64,000 bases of DNA, from contig OZ024742.1 of assembly GCA_964016885.1 (NCBI GenBank), positions 341,062,001-341,126,000 of the forward strand. The letters run 5' to 3'. Source of the DNA: Eledone cirrhosa (lineage: Eukaryota). The notes under the pieces are model-generated. The model had not been told where the DNA came from. It did no database searches and saw only the letters and a program-made list of their open reading frames with translations. Below, one piece after another: positions 24,950 to 39,110 of this stretch (positions are counted from its first letter, which is position 1; each line of letters opens with the position of its first letter). A program made the position numbers and the translations under genes.

Positions 24950-25043
24950 ACATATTACAATCGTTTCTCTGGCGACCAGCTCGAGGCACGATCGATGCGA
25001 TGATCGAACCTGACACTGAAATCGCAAGATCTTCAGATACGTC
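24950..25043 (-). ncRNA. Type I hammerhead ribozyme, family A
   Basis: Minus strand: ACGTAT-CTGAAGA-TCTTGCGA...TCGCCAGA-GAAA-CGATTG-TA-ATATGT. Confidence 0.8.
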
Positions 25044-25530
25044 TCGATTCTTCTTATTGATTCTTCTCGATACTTCGATTTTCTAGCCCCCTAAACAGAT
25101 ACATATATATATATATATGTGTGTATCTGTTTAGGGGGCTAGAAAATCAGGGCTCACTCTACTATCCCAAGTATCCAGTACTCTGCTGAATCATGGTCTT
25201 GTTTAAACTGGTATAATACTGATCTCTCTCTATATATATTCCATGCAGGGATTGGCTTCATTCTGCCATTCTCAAACTACAAGAATCTTGACAATACCAT
25301 CTGAAATATCTAAAATCAAAAAATAAATCAAAAAGAAAACACTTGACTATTTTCTCTCATCGAAGAGAAAATAATTAAGTCATTTATTATCGAAGTCTTT
25401 AAGATATTAAAATAATTATCCAATCAACTTATGAATTTTAAAAAAATTACATGAATAAAAATATTCATCTCCATTAATATTTAGAGTTATATATTTTTTA
25501 TATTGATAACTAAAAATAAACTGTAATTAT

Positions 25531-25651
25531 AGAAGAAGAAGAAGAAGAAGAAGAAGAAGAAGAAGAAGAAGAAGAAGAAGAAGAAGAAGAAGAAGAAGAA
25601 GAAGAAGAAGAAGAAGAAGAAGAAGAAGAAGAAGAAGAAGAAGAAGAAGAA
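25531..25651 (+). repeat. (GAA)n microsatellite, ~40 units
   Basis: Uninterrupted agaagaaga run. Confidence 0.98.
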
Positions 25652-26020
25652 TTCAAAATGTCGGCTGATTAGTCATTTCCTAACTTCCTGTAAATAAATA
25701 ATAGTACGGGAAAAAGATAGCAAATTTAGTTTGCGCCTGTCTTCAATTGTATCTTAACATGATTAATTCTAAAAACTCTTGATATTTTTTTCGTTATAAA
25801 TTTGTCGAATATAACAATTTATTCTGTTAAAATATCATTTAAAGTTTCGTGTGTTTGTATGTGTGCGTATTTTTTTGTTTATCTCATAAAATTCTCGAAT
25901 GTAGTAGGATTTGATTATATTTTATTTTTTTAATGTTTAATACAGAAGAGAGTGAAAAGAGCTAAAGAAAATACTATTTCCGGTTGGTCCAAAAGGAGAC
26001 GGCGAAATAAAAAAAATGTT

Positions 26021-26200
26021 ATTGGCAGTATCGGTAGAGGGTCGGACGCCATGCTTTCAAGCATAGTTACGTCCCTTTACGATCTGAGTTCAAATCCCGC
26101 CGAGGTTGACTTTGCCTTTCATCCTTACGGGGTCGATAAAATAAAGTACCAGTAATGCACTGGGTAATTGCTGGCCTTGTGACTAAAGTAGAAACAATTA
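26021..26200 (+). mobile_element. tRNA-derived SINE with a Deu/Nin-like core
   Basis: tggcagtatcggtagag...gagttcaaatcccgccgaggttgactttgcctttcatccttacggggtcgataaaataaagtaccag; (ATT)n tail. Confidence 0.85.
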
Positions 26201-26975
26201 TTATTTTTATTACTATTATTATTATTGTTATTTCTCTTGATTCTGTTTGTGTTCAGGATTAAATGTAGAGCAATAGAGGTTTAATTCAATCTTCTGTATC
26301 TCATATTTTCTGATTTTGCAGGGAAGGGCGTGAAGGTGCAGGTATGATGATTTGGGTATAAATCCTTATGCTCCTATTACCACAGGGATAGTGTTGGTGG
26401 TCATCCTACACATGCGGTTGATCTCTACTTCTAGGTAATTGTACCTTGACAGTTTTTTTCTGGAGTGACACTATCGGTAGAACGTTGGACAACATGCTTT
26501 GAGGCATAGAGTTATGGTGCTTTACGTTCAGAGTTCAAATTCCGCCGAGGTTAACTTTGCCTTTCATCCTTACGGGTCGATAAAATAAAGCACCAGTAGC
26601 GTGTTGGGGTCGAGTTAATCGACTTTCCCCTCCCCCCAAATTACTGGTCTTGTGCCTATACTAGAAACCATTATTTTTACAGATGTATTCTTGTCGGCTG
26701 GTACAGCAATATCTATAAAGCTACATGTCCGATCTGTTTTATTTTTTATGATGATATCTGGTCTGTTGACAGGATTTGTCGGTCAGTTATCTTACATAAA
26801 GGATATGTTGCCATTCTCCATGACGTCTTTCGGTTAATGTCTATGCCATTTGACCAATGTTTGCATGTCATGAGATTGGCAGTGCTTCCAGTCCACATAT
26901 TTGGCAATACGTTTGTCTTTTTATATTATCAGGTTGTCATCTCTGGACACCGAGAGTTAACATGATCTACCGTTT
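26200..26975 (-). pseudogene. Decayed 3' end of an R4/Dong-type (restriction-like endonuclease) non-LTR retrotransposon
   Basis: Minus-strand translation with stops and frameshifts: VDHVNSRCP..IAKYVDWKHC..KWHRH*PKDVMEN..NRPDIIIKNKTDRTCSFIDIAVPADKN..[SINE]..KKLSRYNYLEVEINRM..TIPVVIGA*G; ends in (TAA)n. Confidence 0.8.
26465..26675 (+). mobile_element. tRNA-derived SINE inserted in the R4/Dong relic
   Basis: gagttcaaattccgccgaggttaactttgcctttcatccttacgggtcgataaaataaagcaccag; splits the endonuclease coding region. Confidence 0.8.
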
Positions 26976-27089
26976 TATACTCCCACCTGCGAGCGTTTGT
27001 GTAGTTATAGTTTCTCTGCCTATATGTTTATGCACACACACACGCGCACGAGTATGTATGCATGTGTTTGCGTGTGTGTATATGTATAG

Positions 27090-27141
<52 letters not shown>

Positions 27142-27427
27142 TTATATATATGTATATATGTTTTTGTATATATGTATATATATGTGTGTATGGATTTACG
27201 TATATGTTTATATGTATGCGTGTGTTTATTTTTTATTGCGTGCGTATGTACGTGGGTTGTGTACCTTTGAGATTCAACTATCTAATTTATCGTATGTTTT
27301 TTTTGTATGTGTATGTATGTGGATGTGTGTGTATATATATGCATATATATATATATGTATATATATTTATTTTTATATATATACATATATGTGTGCGTGT
27401 TTGTATGTGTGTATAGGTATATATACA

Positions 27428-27925
27428 TTAGGGTGTTCCAGAATCCCACATTTTACACTAAAGTGTTATTTCCTTAGCTCCCTATGCATTTTCTCATGCT
27501 ATTTTGTATATTATCAATTTATAATGTAATTTCGATTATTTCAGACTAACTTAAGCCTTGCCTAATAGTTGCAAATTGGCAGAATAATGGCGAAAACCAG
27601 TTGACCTAGGTCTAGCTACTCGCTCCGTTGTGATGATCGAGAAATATGGCTCCTGCGGCAATATGTTTATTGCATCAATTATTTCTGAGGGTGGGACTGA
27701 CAAAGACGCCACAACACTCTCCAAGAATAGGAGCAGACGTGCAGCTATGAAGATCAGAACTGTGGGGGCGGAACATATAAAGGAACAATTTGCTGTACCC
27801 GACTTTGTTACCTTGCATTAGGATGGCAAAATAATTCCTGGTGACCACGAAAGGCTAGGTGTGCTAGTTGCTGGAACTCCAGACTTCAGAGAAGGTAAAC
27901 TCCTCGGTGTTCCCATAAAAAGCAA
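27428..27925 (+). pseudogene. DNA transposon relic, hATm-like (left end plus transposase fragment)
   Basis: Starts ttagggtg; translation ..TLSKNRSRRAAMKIR..AEHIKEQF..VTLH*DGKII..ERLGVLVAG..GKLLGVP matches the HWDGK/ERL/LLGVP signature (W changed to stop). Confidence 0.65.
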
Positions 27926-28148
27926 TTCACAATACTAACGCTCCCTGTGACTTTTTCCAATATAAAAGCCCCAATTGGTAAAATAAAACATATTTTGTAT
28001 GAAATAAATTATTTTGAGTCTTGCCTATATCATGGTGATTATAGTGGAAAGTGTGATTATGTTGCATGAAATCATGAAAATGTGAAACCAAATTTGACCA
28101 TACAATAATTGTTTATTTTATTAATCCATTATATTTAGTAAACCAGCT

Positions 28149-28194
<46 letters not shown>

Positions 28195-28451
28195 CGTGTG
28201 TATTTGCTTATTTTTAAGTTGTTTGTATTTATTCCCCCCCCCCCCAGGCCCCCCTCCTCCCACACACACCTTTCGGTATCAACACGTCCCTTTTTGACTA
28301 TTTTTATTTTGATTTTGATTTTCTTATATATATATATATTTTTAATTTTTTGATCCTATTTATTTAGTTATTTCTGCTTCTGAACTATTTCCCAATGGTG
28401 GCGCATGTTGATATGTGCATGTGCATGTATATATGTATGTGTATGTATGTG

Positions 28452-28544
<93 letters not shown>

Positions 28545-28549
<5 letters not shown>

Positions 28550-28679
28550 AAGTATTTCCGTGGGAAAGGTACAGGAAAAAAGAGTGCTCTATGTAGGTTA
28601 CAGGACTGAAGACATACCCTACATCTGTTTTCAAGAAACCACTGGTAAATGAAATAATTATCTTATGTTGTTTATTACA

Positions 28680-28685
<6 letters not shown>
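28545..28685. mobile_element. Rearranged family G terminus
   Basis: Inverted tail segment joined to ttcaagaaaccactggtaaatgaaataattatc, as at 14033 and 29460. Confidence 0.65.
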
Positions 28686-28749
<64 letters not shown>

Positions 28750-28751
<2 letters not shown>

Positions 28752-28948
28752 GGAAAAAGTATGACCCCGACGGCAGAGCTCAAGCCGTTTCGACGGTTAT
28801 TTCTGCACTCAGTCCAGAAATAACCGTCGAAATGGCTTGAGCTCTGCCGTCGGGGTCATACTTTTTCCTATTTCCCACTCTACTACCCTAAGTATTGAGT
28901 ACTCTGGTGCGTTATGGTCCATTTGGTTCCTTACCACAATTCCTTTGT

Positions 28949-28950
<2 letters not shown>
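28750..28950. mobile_element. Short fold-back terminus, family J
   Basis: Same structure as 20001-20196. Confidence 0.75.
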
Positions 28951-28995
<45 letters not shown>

Positions 28996-29468
28996 ATATA
29001 TATATATGTGTGTGTATATGTGTGTGTGTGTATGCGTGTATATATGTGTGTATCGGTATGTATGTGTACATGTGTGTGTATATATATATATATATGTATG
29101 TGTAATATACACGTACGCGTATGTATAGACCTTTTTGTTTTTGTGTTTTTGTGTTTGTATGTATGTGTGTGTGCGTATATTTGTGTGTACATATTTGAGT
29201 GCATATATATATTTGTGTATATCTATGTGTACATATTTATGTTCCTATTCGTATTTCCATGTAGACGCAAATACGCTTATGTGAGAAAGTATACGTCTAC
29301 GTACTATTACGTATATGCGCATGGTTGAGTGTGTATGTTTATGTTCTCCATATTTATTTATATATATATTTTTCCCTAATTCCTTTTCGCCCGTTTTTTA
29401 GGCCTCACTTTCATATTTCCTAAATTTTGTTTTCAAATCCATATTTAATAAAAACACCATGTTATTTA

Positions 29469-29529
29469 TTCATTCTGATGACTGAAGACAGACACAACAT
29501 CTGCCTTCAAGAAACCACTGGTAAATGAA
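29469..29529 (+). ncRNA. Type I hammerhead ribozyme, family G
   Basis: TTCATT-CTGATGA-CTGAAGACAGA cacaaca TCTGCCTTCAA-GAAA-CCACTGG-TA-AATGAA. Confidence 0.82.
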
Positions 29530-30457
29530 ATAATTATCTTATGTTGTTTATTACATAACTAATAAGCTCTGTAGCCTACATAGAGCACTCTTTTTTCCTG
29601 TACCTTTCCGACGGAAATACTTCATTCACACACACATATATATATATATATATGGGGTGGGTGGGGGGTGCATGTGTGTGTGCGTGAATATATACCTATA
29701 TCTCTATTTATCTATTTATTTATATATCAACATATATATGTGTGGTTATGGTATTAGTACAAGCAACTTACACGTTACCTCATGCAGACATGATCTATAC
29801 ATATATAGCGTGAAGCGATTGCAATCTATGGAGCATGAGAAAGATAAAGGGAGATAAACACATACAAACAAACAACATGTTTAATATTCAATATTATTTG
29901 ATTATTGATGTGAATTCTGAATGTATTTTTTATATTTTGCTTATTTTTAAAATAATATGACTTTCGTATCGAAGTGTCCGAGTGATAACTTAGAAAATAA
30001 ATTTAGAGAACATTACATCAAATGTTTCTGTTTTTATCACAAAGTATCAATGTCGATCGTTTTATTTGAATTTAAATAAATCATTTAAAAATTAACTCTG
30101 AAAAATTAAAGCATCAACAACCAGAGCACGAATACTGAGTTCGCCGTCATTCAGTACAAACAATTAGTTAGCTCCCTTTTGTACCTTCTTTTATCTTCCA
30201 GTCATTTTATTTCCTTTATCTTTACTATTTTATCTTCGTTAGTATTCTGACAGCAGCAGTTCTCTCATATTTCATTTTCACACGAATGTTAATTTAAGCC
30301 TTCATCATGTTTAACTTAGGAGAATTTAAATATGTTTTTTAAAATCTAATTAACTGACATTATGTACCAAAAGTAGAGACAATTGTTTATAGATATGACT
30401 GTTTTCAGGAGTAATTACATATATATACATACATATATATGCGTGTGTGTATATATG

Positions 30458-30520
<63 letters not shown>

Positions 30521-30598
30521 TTGTGTCTGTGTATATGTGTATGTGTGTGTCTGGGCTGTGTGTGTATATATATATATATATATATGTGTGTATATATG

Positions 30599-30663
<65 letters not shown>

Positions 30664-30861
30664 TTGTGTCTGTGTATATGTGTATGTGTGTGTCTGGGCT
30701 GTGTGTGTATATATATATATATATGTGTGTATATGTGTGTGTGTGTGTCTGTGCTGTGTGTGTATGGATATAGACAGTCATTAATATTGTAATTATTGTT
30801 CTTTTAATGTAAGCACACCCACACACATTCACGCGCACACGCACACATGCGCACACACATT

Positions 30862-30954
30862 ACGTATTACAATTGTTTCTCCGGCGAACAGATCGAGGGG
30901 CGATCTGATTGTGGATCGAACCTGACTCTGGATACGCAAGGTCCTCAGATACGT
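30862..30954 (-). ncRNA. Type I hammerhead ribozyme, diverged family A
   Basis: Minus strand: ACGTAT-CTGAGGA-CCTTGCG...CGCCGGA-GAAA-CAATTG-TA-ATACGT. Confidence 0.75.
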
Positions 30955-31430
30955 CTAGTGATTTCGAAGCAAATCCTCTTTCTCAGAAAGACGATTTGCT
31001 TCGTTTTCCATATTATTATACTTTGCTTCGATAGCATAGAGTGCTCAACTGGCATACCACTTATGGACGCATCCAAGCAACCTTACTACAAATAAATATA
31101 TATATATATACATAACTTTGATAACCTTGGTAGGTTTCAGCCAGTGTTGGCCCAGTTCATGTCTAACTTAATAGTACCACTTGACGACGCAGTCTTTCAA
31201 ATCATGATTGCATGATTGAGACACCGTGACCCGTTCAAATAGAGAGGTATTGTTTGCGGAGAGATATTTGTTGTTGTCTTAAATAAGAAATGTACGAGTT
31301 TATCACACCGAGTTTCAAGTAACAAAGTTGGTGTTCAGGCAATTTCCCTCCACTTTCTATAAAAGTTACATTGAAATTGGCTCTAACAATGGTTTGCTTT
31401 ATTTTTCATATATTTCCCAATATTATATAT

Positions 31431-31503
<73 letters not shown>

Positions 31504-31638
31504 CGCGTGTATATATATTTCTACACGAACACACATATAGTTTGATATAAATATATAGATATACATATATATATAAATATATATATATATGTATTTACAT
31601 ATATGTTAATATATATGCATATATATACATACGTTGTA

Positions 31639-31717
<79 letters not shown>

Positions 31718-31731
31718 CTTATGTATATATA

Positions 31732-31855
<124 letters not shown>

Positions 31856-31863
31856 AATATATT

Positions 31864-31945
<82 letters not shown>

Positions 31946-31958
31946 TATATATATATAA

Positions 31959-32024
<66 letters not shown>

Positions 32025-32284
32025 ATATATATACATATATATATATGTATATATATACGAACATATTGTTATCATTGCACGCAATCACTCTATGTAAATT
32101 TGATCAGTTTTATCAAATCCGTTATTAATGAACTGAAGTTTTATCTCATCAAACCACGCCGTGCATCTAACTCACTCTATATATGTGTGTTTGTGTGAAA
32201 GAGAGAATGTGTGTTTGTGGGTGGGTGGATGCGAGTGTGTATGCGGTTTCTATACATATATACCTATATATATATATACATATA

Positions 32285-32382
<98 letters not shown>

Positions 32383-32541
32383 CAGAGAGAGAGAGACAGA
32401 CAGAGACAGAGAGAAAATGCGAGAGAGATAGATACAGAGGGAGAAAGAGAGAGAGAGAGAGAGAATGTGTGTGATGTAAAATCGCAACTGCAGCGCCAAG
32501 TGGTTTCACCCTGGTTTCAGAACCATAGTCTCTCTCTCCCC

Positions 32542-32628
<87 letters not shown>

Positions 32629-32728
32629 TATTATTTTGCACTCTGCTTAGTTCTACACCTCTATACTTACTGGAAACTGCGCATGGAGTGCTCAGTCTGG
32701 GGAACCTACAGCAACTGGTCCTTACAAT

Positions 32729-32797
<69 letters not shown>

Positions 32798-33454
32798 TAC
32801 ACACACACACATATACATATATATATATATATTCACATAAAATCACGTACACAAACATATATAAATGTATATAACATTATCAAATGGAAAACAACCTAAA
32901 ACTAATGTTGAGTTACCATCACAAATATAGCAAGAATCCCTATCTTTATACCAGACACAGAACTATTCCTTTGTCGACTTCGTTTAAGGCTTTTGTCAGT
33001 AAACGTTATAAAAGTCAGTGAGTCTGCTATGTAAAGCATTACTTTAGCTTCTCCTCATGAAAGGTAGCTTGCATTTCTAACTATTCATCCACACATGAAA
33101 ACACGACCTACTGAATGATTGAGCATATAAGTACGAAATATTACATTTACAGGCAAGAAATCGATGTTTAATGGATTGTTTGTGTGTTTATCGACATTCA
33201 GTAATGGGTAATTTGATTTATATCTCAGTAACAATAAATCTTAAGAGTTCAGTCTTAATCATGCATTCGTCTTACATTATTTTCACTCTCGATATAACTT
33301 GATTGCTATAAAGGTTTCTTTTAGGATTAACGTCTTAGCCAACAATAAGCGATGTACGTGCATTTTCAGGGGTTTTATATATATATATATATATATATAC
33401 ATATATTTATATATGTATATGTATATATATGTATGCATATATATATGGTCAAAT

Positions 33455-33486
<32 letters not shown>

Positions 33487-33518
33487 TATATGTATATATT
33501 TGTGTATACATGTATGTG

Positions 33519-33592
<74 letters not shown>

Positions 33593-34362
33593 TGTGTGAA
33601 GAGAAGAAGAAGTCCCGTAACTCCTGAAAGAGTCATAGGGGCACCATATTGAAATACGGCGTTTCTTGGACATTTAAAGCGTGGCAGAGCCCATCCCTCT
33701 CTAGTGGTGGAGAATGCGGGATTTATATACTTACAGACGTAGATAGATGCATACATAAACACGCATGCATACATGCATATATACATGCATGCATACATAC
33801 ATACATAAATACATACATACATATATACATGCATGCATACATATATACAAACATAAATACATACATACGTACCTGCATATATACATATATATACATACAT
33901 ACATATATACAAGGTGGCTGCCAAATCGTTTTCGAGTACGGCCACTACTTTATATCCATGTAGGAGAACCCCTACCGATGCGCTGAACGAGTGTGACTTT
34001 TAGTCCAGCCAGCGACTTGAAAACTCTGGTACAAACACTACACTTGTGACAATTATTGACACATAGTGCTGGGCCCATGGTACCATGTGACAAGTGCAGA
34101 GAGATCTCCAGATATAAAGCAATACCTGTGCTGTGAAGCTTTTATAGTGAGCAAAGGCACTGCACAAAGCCAGTCCCACTCTCTTAACCAAGATGATATT
34201 TACCAAAAAGAAGAACAAGTCAACATCATTGGATACCATCAGGGTTGCAGGTGTTATATCAGAGTTTTCCTTCTCCTAGAAGTCTGCCTTGAGAAAGGCT
34301 AAGGGGTCATCTCTCCCGGTGATTTTGGATGGCCATTGACTCTTAAGAGCTCCTTTGCATAC

Positions 34363-34396
<34 letters not shown>

Positions 34397-34533
34397 TAGA
34401 AAAGGGAAGGTAGGATTCTATACAAAACAGTGGATATAGAGAAAAGGTGAAGTTGGAAATAGCTACGGGAGATATATTTAAGGGTCTGTTTTTCTTTTTT
34501 GATTCGTTAAAGTGACAATATTGAAAAGATAAC

Positions 34534-34638
<105 letters not shown>

Positions 34639-34979
34639 TATAGATAACGAAGCACAATGGAGTTAACAAGCGGTAATTCATTAGAATCCTTTACAATTGT
34701 TTCTGTATATAAAATCCTGTGTATTTTACCACTTTGAAGATTTCCTTGATGAATATTTCTACACCAGACTTAAACAACGTATTTTACTTCCGTGCATTGG
34801 ATGGTTGTTATGTACTTCGTAGGAAGGCAGTTCGTAACCATTCACACATTATACCAATGACAACTCAATACCTTTGAATGTGAATATTAACACAAACAAC
34901 TCAAGATCAGAATTTAGAAGACCTGAGGAAGTGCAGTCACCAACAATCAATATTATAACACTCACCGCAGAAAACCCAA

Positions 34980-35352
34980 ATGTAGCCTGCGCACAGAATA
35001 TGATAACACAACTGCTAAAAGACTAACTGCAAAAAAGACTACCTCTGATCAGGACCTGCGGATCTGCAACTGTAGAAAATGTGAAAAGTGTCACTTAAAT
35101 GGAACGTGCCTATTCAACCACGTGATTTATAAATTTAGTGTCACCTCATCTAAAGAAACGTACTGTTACATCGGTGCAACGGCCAACTCATTAAAAAATG
35201 GTTTTACACGTTTTGGACGTCAGGAATTTAAACTACCATGTTGCCTGATCATTAATAGAACAAGCAAAATCCTAGCAACGTGAAAGCAAAGAATGCGACA
35301 TGTGTTCCACCAAAGTGGTGGAGATTATGGTCCGTAATGGTTTACTAAGTAA
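34980..35352 (+). pseudogene. Decayed GIY-YIG region of a third PLE (same type as 9328-9663)
   Basis: From 35062: ICNCRKCEKCHLNGTCLFNHVIYKFSVTSSKETYCYIGATANSLK, then after a deletion or frameshift KECDMCSTKVVEIMVRNGLLSK. Confidence 0.75.
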
Positions 35353-35814
35353 ACTTTACTTAACTTTTGACGTGATCTTTTATAACCGCCATCTTTTATA
35401 AGCCATTTAAACTTTCTCTAGATATACAGATGATATAGCACTTAAATCAATTTACCCGGATTATCTAACCAATAAACCTAGTCCAGCCTGCGACTACATC
35501 CCACAAAAAACACATATTTCATATCTACTCTTGACTATTGAGAGGCTTCAGAGCATAATGGATCAGCTCAGATAAGTTACATACATGGAAGTGCACACAT
35601 ATATTGCATGTGCATTATGTAACTTGTTATGTAACTGCCAGGGTTCCAGAAACATATCTGAGATTTTAATCAATTATATCGATTCTAATATATATGGCTG
35701 CACTTTAACTGGACTTGGGCTGCGCACCAGTTGGTGAAACTATGTAGTCAAAACTATGAAGAGAAATTAGGTAATTTTTGTCCATTTGCTCTTCACACCT
35801 ATAATTATACATAT

Positions 35815-36230
35815 ATGATGGACTCTCCTGTCGATTCGACGTGTGAGGTTTCAACGGTTTTTTCAGTTCATTGTTTTATGTGCCTCAAATGGCACTTTAA
35901 TCTAGACATCAATCCGCATTTCGTGCTGGTGACAGGATCTTGAACAGAACAGACTGGAGTGCCTGACGGGACTCTGGTACCACATCTAGGCTAAACCAGA
36001 TTTCTCAAAGTTCTTTATACCTTCGTGGCAGACGGTTCTCCATCTTTTCCGGTTGGCAGTTACGGCTTCAAACGAAGAAAAATGTACGTTGACAGACTTA
36101 AGATTGTACTTGAGTTTGTCCTTATATCGGAGTAGTGGCCTGTCCGCACTGTGCACATCATCCTGGAGCTGACTGTATAACAGTACCTTAGGTGTGCGGT
36201 CTTCAGAAATGACTAGCCCATCTGTTTGAT
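35815..36230 (-). pseudogene. 3' end of an RTE-clade LINE
   Basis: DRTPKVLLYSQL..DRPLLRYKDKLKYNLK..FEAVTANRKRWRTVCHEGIKNFE, then a decayed C..GL...HLRH finger and a short 3' UTR. Confidence 0.75.
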
Positions 36231-36428
36231 GTTGAATCATGTTGGTGGTGCGGGAACGTATTTGAATTATATTATAGGGTAAAATGAGAGGAGGCCGGAC
36301 AGCTTGTATGCCGGTGGATTTGTTTATAGTAATAAAATCTAAAGGAATACAACCTGCCCGGTTTCCTGTCATTTTCCCCTATAATATATATATATATATG
36401 TATATATAAATATATATATGTGTGTGTA

Positions 36429-36485
<57 letters not shown>

Positions 36486-37002
36486 ATAAAAGGTCTTTTT
36501 CTGTTAAGACCAATATATGAACGCGGCAGTGCGTTTAAGGTTTCAGCTTGAATAGTTAAATCTAAGAACTATTTAATAGCTATAGAAACATCATTAATCA
36601 TCTACTGCTAAGGACGTTTCCATTGACCATTTGACACCAGCTGTTGACACTATGTTGGGAGTCATATACACTTAGGTTGTAACAGTCATGGCTGAATAAC
36701 TGAGGAGTTTCATTCTTGGTTCAGTCACTTTCGGTTGTCTTCTATAAACTCGTGTAGCCTAGGACTAACTAATACTTTGTGGGTGGAATTTGGTAGACGG
36801 AAAGTATTATATCAGGATTAAACCAGTATTAAACTAGTTGGACCATTATTCAACAGAGTACTCAACACTTGCGATATTAGAGTGAGACTATATTAGAAAG
36901 AATCGAGGCCCGACGGCTGAGCTCTTGCTATTGGGCCCCGATTCTTTTTAATATATATATCTACACACACACACGCGCGCACGCGCACACACACACACAC
37001 AT

Positions 37003-37091
<89 letters not shown>

Positions 37092-37094
<3 letters not shown>

Positions 37095-37765
37095 TAGAAG
37101 TTAATATGTCCAGGGATACTAGGTACCCCTAGAAATACATAGGTTGTCTATGATTCAAGGTTGTTCAATGGTGTTAATTTGATACACCAGAACTTTAATA
37201 TTAAGATAAGCAGAACAAGTAAAATTCAATCAATTTTTCAAAATACATTAAAAAATATAATATAAATATTTACCTCTCCTAGTGGCCCTTACTGATCAGT
37301 TTCGCTTTGTAAAACCTCATAAATCCGATGGATTCATGATGGAAAACCAAAGCTCATCAGAGAAGCATTTTCCCTTCCTAGGGCTAAACGTCCCAGGAAC
37401 GACAAAATATACAACCTCCTGCCAGCTAATAAAGGTCTGAAAGGTCGTAAAATTGACCCGTATGTAAACTGGACCGAAGTAAAAGCGGGAAAATCAAAGA
37501 CTTGCTGTCTACAATTACTACTAAAAAAAATAGCAGCCAAGTAAAGCAACAGGATTGTTCTCAACGGACGGAGAAAAATATTTTTTAATGTATTTTGAAA
37601 AATTGATTGAATTTTACTTGTTCTGCTTATCTTAATATTAAAGTTCTGGTGTATCAAATTAACACCATTGAACAACCTATGTATTTCTAGGGGTACCTAG
37701 TATCCCTGGACATATTAACTTCTACCTTTTTCTCCGTCCGTTGAGAACAATCCTGTTGCTTTACT
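37092..37765. mobile_element. Multiply inverted PLE-type terminus, family L
   Basis: 37092-37257 inverted against ~37578-37727; 37540-37578 inverted again at 37728-37765; HHR at 37286. Confidence 0.7.
37286..37364 (-). ncRNA. Type I hammerhead ribozyme, family L
   Basis: Minus strand: TTCT-CTGATGA-GCTTTG...CAAAGC-GAA-ACTGATCAGT-A-AGGG; palindromic stem III. Confidence 0.82.
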
Positions 37766-37911
37766 CCATATTAATAAATGGAGACATTTACATAATCAAA
37801 ATACATGAATTGATGTATGACATACCTCAACTGTGTTGATCGTTCAATTTCAGTCTTGGCAGAAATTGAACCATCAAGACAGTTGAGGTATGTTATACAT
37901 CAATTCATATA

Positions 37912-37973
37912 TTTTATCTGATGAGGACGTACTGAAAAAATAGCACAGTTCCTCCGAAATATATATAATAAAA
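37912..37973 (+). ncRNA. Type I hammerhead ribozyme, related to family C
   Basis: TTTTAT-CTGATGA-GGACGTACTG..CAGTTCCTCC-GAAA-TATATA-TA-ATAAAA; inside a fold-back at ~37770-38115. Confidence 0.8.
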
Positions 37974-38114
37974 CATATTTTGATTTTCAAAACGTCTCCA
38001 TTTCTTAATATTTTGAATAATATGAATAACTCCAGAAAACTTTGTTGTTGAGTGCTTTTAATCTATTGTAAAACTATATTCATTGAGTAATGAATGAACC
38101 TTATTAAAATTTGG

Positions 38115-38150
<36 letters not shown>

Positions 38151-38441
38151 AAGAGTACATTGTCCAATGTGGACTTTAGTTGTAAAGAAATGATAATTTC
38201 TGATTTGAAGGAGGATTAACTGTTGTTTCTAGTAAGTAGAATTATCGCATCTCATAGGACTCAGATTACATACATAATTAGATACAAAAGAACATGGACA
38301 TCATTTACATTTTATACTCCTAGTAATCTGAGTTCTATGAGATGTATCGCTCTACATGGTTCAATACAAGAGCAAGAATGACAAGGCTGTTCTACCCACA
38401 AAGCTTAAAAGGCCGTTTGCATAATTACAAATGAATCTAAT

Positions 38442-38860
38442 ATTATTATTAACATTCGAGTTGGATTAGCAGTATCGGTAGAGGGTGGAACGCCATGCTT
38501 TGTAGCATAGAGTTACGACCCTTTATGATCTGAGTTCAAATCCCGCCGAGTTTAACTTTGCCATTCATCCTTACGGGGTCGATAAAATAAAGTACCAGTA
38601 ATACACTGGGATAATTGCAGGCCTTGAGCCAAAAGTAGAAACAATTATTATTAACATTCGAGGTGGATTGGCAGTATCAGTAGAGGGTCGGACGCCATGC
38701 TTTGCAGCAGGCACAGAGTTACGTCGCTTTACGGAATGAGTTCAAATCCCGCTGAGGTTAACTTTGCCTTTCATCCTTACGGGGTCGATAAAATAAAGTA
38801 CCAGTAATGTACTGAGGTATTTGATGGCCTGGTGACAAAAGTAGAAACAATTATTAATAT
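38442..38860 (+). mobile_element. Tandem pair of tRNA-derived SINEs
   Basis: Two head-to-tail copies (~38459-38651 and ~38661-38860), each preceded by attattattaacattcgag. Confidence 0.85.
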
Positions 38861-38879
38861 TAAAAAACTCAGATTTATA

Positions 38880-38971
<92 letters not shown>

Positions 38972-39110
38972 TGTGTGTGTGTGTGTATGTGTGTGTGTGA
39001 TTGTAGACACCTGACCATTTTTGCAGACCTCACCACCCTTTAGCAGAGGATTTTAATATTGCCACTCAATGAAAACCCTTTGTTTGACTGGAACAAATGA
39101 ACCTTGAACA

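Noticed and set aside
33600-34350. Higher-complexity segments with short ORFs
   Set aside because: No recognisable protein motifs; probably decayed retroelement pieces that I cannot classify.
34686-34745. HHR 3' half GAAACAATTGTA on the minus strand (similar half at ~13778-13797)
   Set aside because: The 5' core is missing, so it was not counted.
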